64,000 nucleotides of DNA, from contig JALWDS010000044.1 of the NCBI GenBank assembly GCA_027036775.1, positions 6,260-70,259 on the forward strand, written 5' to 3'. The DNA comes from Archaeoglobaceae archaeon (GTDB lineage: Archaea; Halobacteriota; Archaeoglobi; Archaeoglobales; Archaeoglobaceae). This document shows positions 61,054-64,000 of this stretch, piece by piece (within the stretch, counting starts at the first letter, position 1; every line of letters begins with the position of its first letter). The translations under genes were made by a program, and so were the position numbers. The notes beneath the pieces were generated by a model. That model was not told the origin of the DNA. It did no database searches and saw only the letters and a program-made list of their open reading frames with translations.

Positions 61054-61087
61054 AAAAACCTTACCCTCACTGATACATAAATTTAAT

Positions 61088-62380
61088 TTATTTATAAATT
61101 TTAAATTTGATCTTAGTTGAGTAGAAGTGTATGTGCGAGTAACCGGCTAAGGTGTTGTAAACGATTGCACCGTCGAATCCGTCTCTGATACCCTTACCGT
61201 CGGTTTTGAAGGCGAATTTAACGTCGTCATCTGCTATAGCGTAGCTGTAGTGAAACTCGTGTCCTCTAAAGCTTCCAGCAAAAAACGGATTTTCTTTTAC
61301 AACTTTCCCCCTAACGTAGCCCAGAGCTTGAAGTTTCCTCGTAAAAACTATGTCTATGTCGAGAATGCCCGCCATTTTTATTTTTTTACCCTCAACATCT
61401 ATACACCTCGAAAGAAACATCATTCCACCGCACTCCGCGTATACAGGCTTGCAGTTCTCGGCCTCCTTTCGCATGAACTTTCCGAAACGTTTAAGCTCCG
61501 GATACAGTTCAGGATACCCCCCGCCTATGTAATACGCGTCACATTCAACCCACTCACCCTTTAAGGGTGAAAAGAAAACCAAGTCTGCGAAATCCTTCAG
61601 AATTTCCAAGTTGTCTCTATAGTAGAATGCAAAAGCGTTGTCGAAGGGGACGCCTATCTGAATCCTTTTTCCTACATCTTTTCCTAAGTCATCCTCTTTT
61701 TCCGTTGAAAAATTTTCCGCTCTTCTAACTTCTGCTAAATCCACTATCCCGTCTATATCCAAGTATCTCTCTCCGAACTCTGCAAAGGTTTTCCAGTTTT
61801 TCTTGGCTTCATAGCCCAGAATCAATCCTAAGTGTCTGCTTTCAATTTTAAGTTCCTCGCTTTTTGGAATGTAACCGAAGACGCGGTATCTGTCCCCGAA
61901 TATCCTCCTAAGCTTATCATACTGTCTCTCGGAGCAACCGTTGAAGATCACTCCGACCAGATTTACATCTCTATCGAAGTTTCTGAAACCCTCAAAGATT
62001 GCCAGAGCTGAAAGGGATACACCTTTAACGTCCATCACGAGGATTACGGGAATACCTAAGATTTTTGCTACGTGAGCAGTTGAGGAGTGGTATGTGAAAC
62101 GGTAACCATCGAAAAGACCCATGACGCCTTCAACAATTCCAAAATCTTTGTCTTTCATCCACTTGGTAAACGATCTCAGAACTCCCGTTTCCCCCATCAT
62201 AAAAGCATCCAAATTGACGGCGTATCCACAAAAGCTGTAGTGGGTTGGATCTATGAAGTCCGGTCCGACTTTAAATGGTTGGACTCTAAATCCTCTCCTT
62301 TTTAAAGCCGAAGCTATGCACAAAGCTACAGTAGTTTTCCCGACTCCACTCTTAGTACCACCTATCACAATAGCCCTCAT
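61088..62380 (-). CDS. cbiA: Cobyrinate a,c-diamide synthase
   Basis: GTKSGVGKTT P-loop and a C-terminal GATase domain (ECGGMMFL). Confidence 0.9.
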   Translation of the reverse strand: MRAIVIGGTKSGVGKTTVALCIASALKRRGFRVQPFKVGPDFIDPTHYSFCGYAVNLDAFMMGETGVLRSFTKWMKDKDFGIVEGVMGLFDGYRFTYHSSTAHVAKILGIPVILVMDVKGVSLSALAIFEGFRNFDRDVNLVGVIFNGCSERQYDKLRRIFGDRYRVFGYIPKSEELKIESRHLGLILGYEAKKNWKTFAEFGERYLDIDGIVDLAEVRRAENFSTEKEDDLGKDVGKRIQIGVPFDNAFAFYYRDNLEILKDFADLVFFSPLKGEWVECDAYYIGGGYPELYPELKRFGKFMRKEAENCKPVYAECGGMMFLSRCIDVEGKKIKMAGILDIDIVFTRKLQALGYVRGKVVKENPFFAGSFRGHEFHYSYAIADDDVKFAFKTDGKGIRDGFDGAIVYNTLAGYSHIHFYSTKIKFKIYK

Positions 62381-62533
62381 AGTTGCAATTTGCCTAACTC
62401 TCGGATAAAGTATTCCTCCTATGCTTATTGTTTGTAGTTTTTAGCAACCACCTCTCGTAAAATAGCAAGTTCTTTTTCTCCTACCTCACCAGTTAAATAT
62501 CATTTCATCCCTAATCCCAGCGAGGTGTTAAGA

Positions 62534-63586
62534 ATGTTAGAGATCGAATTCCATAATAGAGAGAAAGAGATTCGAGAGATCATGCGAATTTTAAACAGTA
62601 GACCAGATCTAATCACATTCGTTTACGGGCCGATTAACTCTGGAAAGACTGAGCTTTTCCAGCACTTGATAAAAACCCTACCGAAGGACTTCGTAGTGTT
62701 TTACGTAAATTTGAGGCACGTTTACGTTAGCAAAGCGGACGACTTCCTCAAAATCCTATTCGACGTTAGGAGTAAGAGGGTTAGCGTTAAAACGATTGCT
62801 AAGGAGATTGTAGATACATACGTTCCAAGTGAAGTAGTAACCCCACTCGGTCGATTCCCCATCCCTAAAAACGTATTCAAAGAGTTATTTAAAGAGAAGG
62901 CTATTGAGAACGTTTTCGTTTACCTCGAAAACCTTCTAAGCGAGATCGCAAAGAAGAAAAAGCCCGTATTAATATTGGACGAGCTTCAAAAAATAGGAGA
63001 CGTTAAAATCGATGGACTACTCATCTACGAACTCTTCAACTTTTTCATTGGTTTAACTAAAGAAGCTCACCTCGCTCACGTCTTCGCCATCACTTCCGAC
63101 TCCCTTTTCATAGAAAGAGTGTTCAACGAGGCTATGCTCCACGGTAGGTGCAGATATCTATTGGTGGATGACTTCGATTACAACACCACCAAAGATTTTC
63201 TCAAAAAATACGGATTCAGCCGAGAGGAAATCGATCTAACTTGGAACTACTTCGGGGGTAAACCGGTCTACTTGGTTGAAGCTGTTAAGAACAGAGATAG
63301 ACTGAAAGAGTTCTGTAAAGAATCCTTAGAGGACAGATTTACCTTCATCCTCTATAGGATTAACGATCTAAAGCGTAAGAATCCCAACCTCTTTGAGAAA
63401 GTGATAACATTGTTCAAAGCTTTCGAAAACGAGGATAAAACGGAATGTCAAGAGATTAGTGATGAAGTTATCTGGACAGTCAAAAACAACGTCCTCTTCC
63501 TCGACCCACGTAAACGTCTCCTTAAACCTCAATCCCAATTGGACTTACTCGCCATCAGATCCATCCTCAAAGAGCTTATTGATTAA
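62534..63586 (+). CDS. Archaeal AAA ATPase (PF01637-type), intact
   Basis: Start refined to MLEIEFHNREKEI. Walker A is YGPINSGKT and Walker B is PVLILDELQ. A half palindrome GATTAACT (63581-63588) covers the stop codon. Confidence 0.75.
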   Translation: MLEIEFHNREKEIREIMRILNSRPDLITFVYGPINSGKTELFQHLIKTLPKDFVVFYVNLRHVYVSKADDFLKILFDVRSKRVSVKTIAKEIVDTYVPSEVVTPLGRFPIPKNVFKELFKEKAIENVFVYLENLLSEIAKKKKPVLILDELQKIGDVKIDGLLIYELFNFFIGLTKEAHLAHVFAITSDSLFIERVFNEAMLHGRCRYLLVDDFDYNTTKDFLKKYGFSREEIDLTWNYFGGKPVYLVEAVKNRDRLKEFCKESLEDRFTFILYRINDLKRKNPNLFEKVITLFKAFENEDKTECQEISDEVIWTVKNNVLFLDPRKRLLKPQSQLDLLAIRSILKELID

Positions 63587-63589
63587 CTA

Positions 63590-63958
63590 TTAAATCCATT
63601 TCGTCGAATTTAATATCGCCTTAGCTATCTTTAGCGTTATATTAGCTTCTATCCACGCCGCTATTACTATCAGAATTATCGAAATCAAAGCCATTGTTAG
63701 GTATTCCTTAATGTCTTCCTTCGTTAGCGGTTGTTCTTTCTTCCCTGCTAAATGCCTAACGATTTCGTAGGGAATTTTAAAGCCAGCTGCTCCCGCTATG
63801 ATTATAGCAGGAATTTCAAATATGCAGTGTGGAAGCGTTAATATTAATATTTTATTTATATTAAATTTATTAATACTATACTTAATAAGATACCCAAAAA
63901 ACACTGCGTTGTATAATTCGATCAAAAAAGTCGGAATCCCTAAAAAAAAGTCCTCCAA
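63590..63958 (-). CDS. SpoIIM/DUF95-like membrane protein (start uncertain)
   Basis: LPHCIFEIPAIIIAGAAGFKI motif. Near the window edge. Confidence 0.5.
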   Translation of the reverse strand: MEDFFLGIPTFLIELYNAVFFGYLIKYSINKFNINKILILTLPHCIFEIPAIIIAGAAGFKIPYEIVRHLAGKKEQPLTKEDIKEYLTMALISIILIVIAAWIEANITLKIAKAILNSTKWI

Positions 63959-64000
63959 GAATCTGTATCGCTAGTACTCCAAGTTATTTATTAAAATACA

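Noticed and set aside
60991-62524. Cobalamin riboswitch upstream of cbiM or cbiA.
   Set aside because: I could not find a B12-box-like conserved core, and such riboswitches are not expected in this archaeal lineage. Only a simple leader hairpin is reported.

Overview
Archaeal chromosome window. Gene content and motifs look Archaeoglobaceae-like, with AT-rich intergenic DNA and leaderless or tightly coupled genes. All family calls come from motif recognition by eye. No similarity searches or computations were run.

The window has two parts.

(1) 1-13.9 kb is an accessory, mobilome-like island. It starts with the end of a CRISPR-Cas module: a CARF/Csx1-like gene truncated by the window edge, plus cas6, with no array in view. 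After that come:
- a small HTH gene;
- three decayed genes (an internally deleted archaeal ATPase, a frameshifted P-loop NTPase, a frameshifted wHTH);
- an orphan AbrB antitoxin;
- a low-GC block at about 4.2-10 kb with a CcmF-like heme-handling membrane protein and two pairs of paralogous envelope proteins;
- a double zinc-ribbon gene and a coiled-coil gene;
- VapBC;
- a TnpB-like RuvC nuclease that lacks the zinc ribbon;
- a C-terminally truncated thioredoxin;
- tRNA-Gly(CCC).

Three kinds of repeated or structured non-coding sequence mark the island:
- about ten copies of a 21-bp palindrome (GATTAACC-N5-GGTTAATC) that bracket small genes like cassettes;
- three copies of a promoter/5' module;
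- a roughly 250-nt GC-rich structured RNA candidate.
These non-coding elements and the TnpB-like locus are the best candidates for something undescribed.

(2) 13.9-64 kb is core genome:
- DUF460, an archaeosortase-psd-pssA cluster, surE, rpiA, S6e, serA;
- two pilin-signal surface proteins, NMD3, Trm5/Taw2-like, an ABC-ATPase/GNAT fusion;
- truA, SUI1, pelota, RNase P p30, hisF, NAPRTase;
- an 11-kb minus-strand anaerobic cobalamin cluster (cbiA, cbiMNQO, cbiT-L-F-G-H-C-D-E-X, cobQ).
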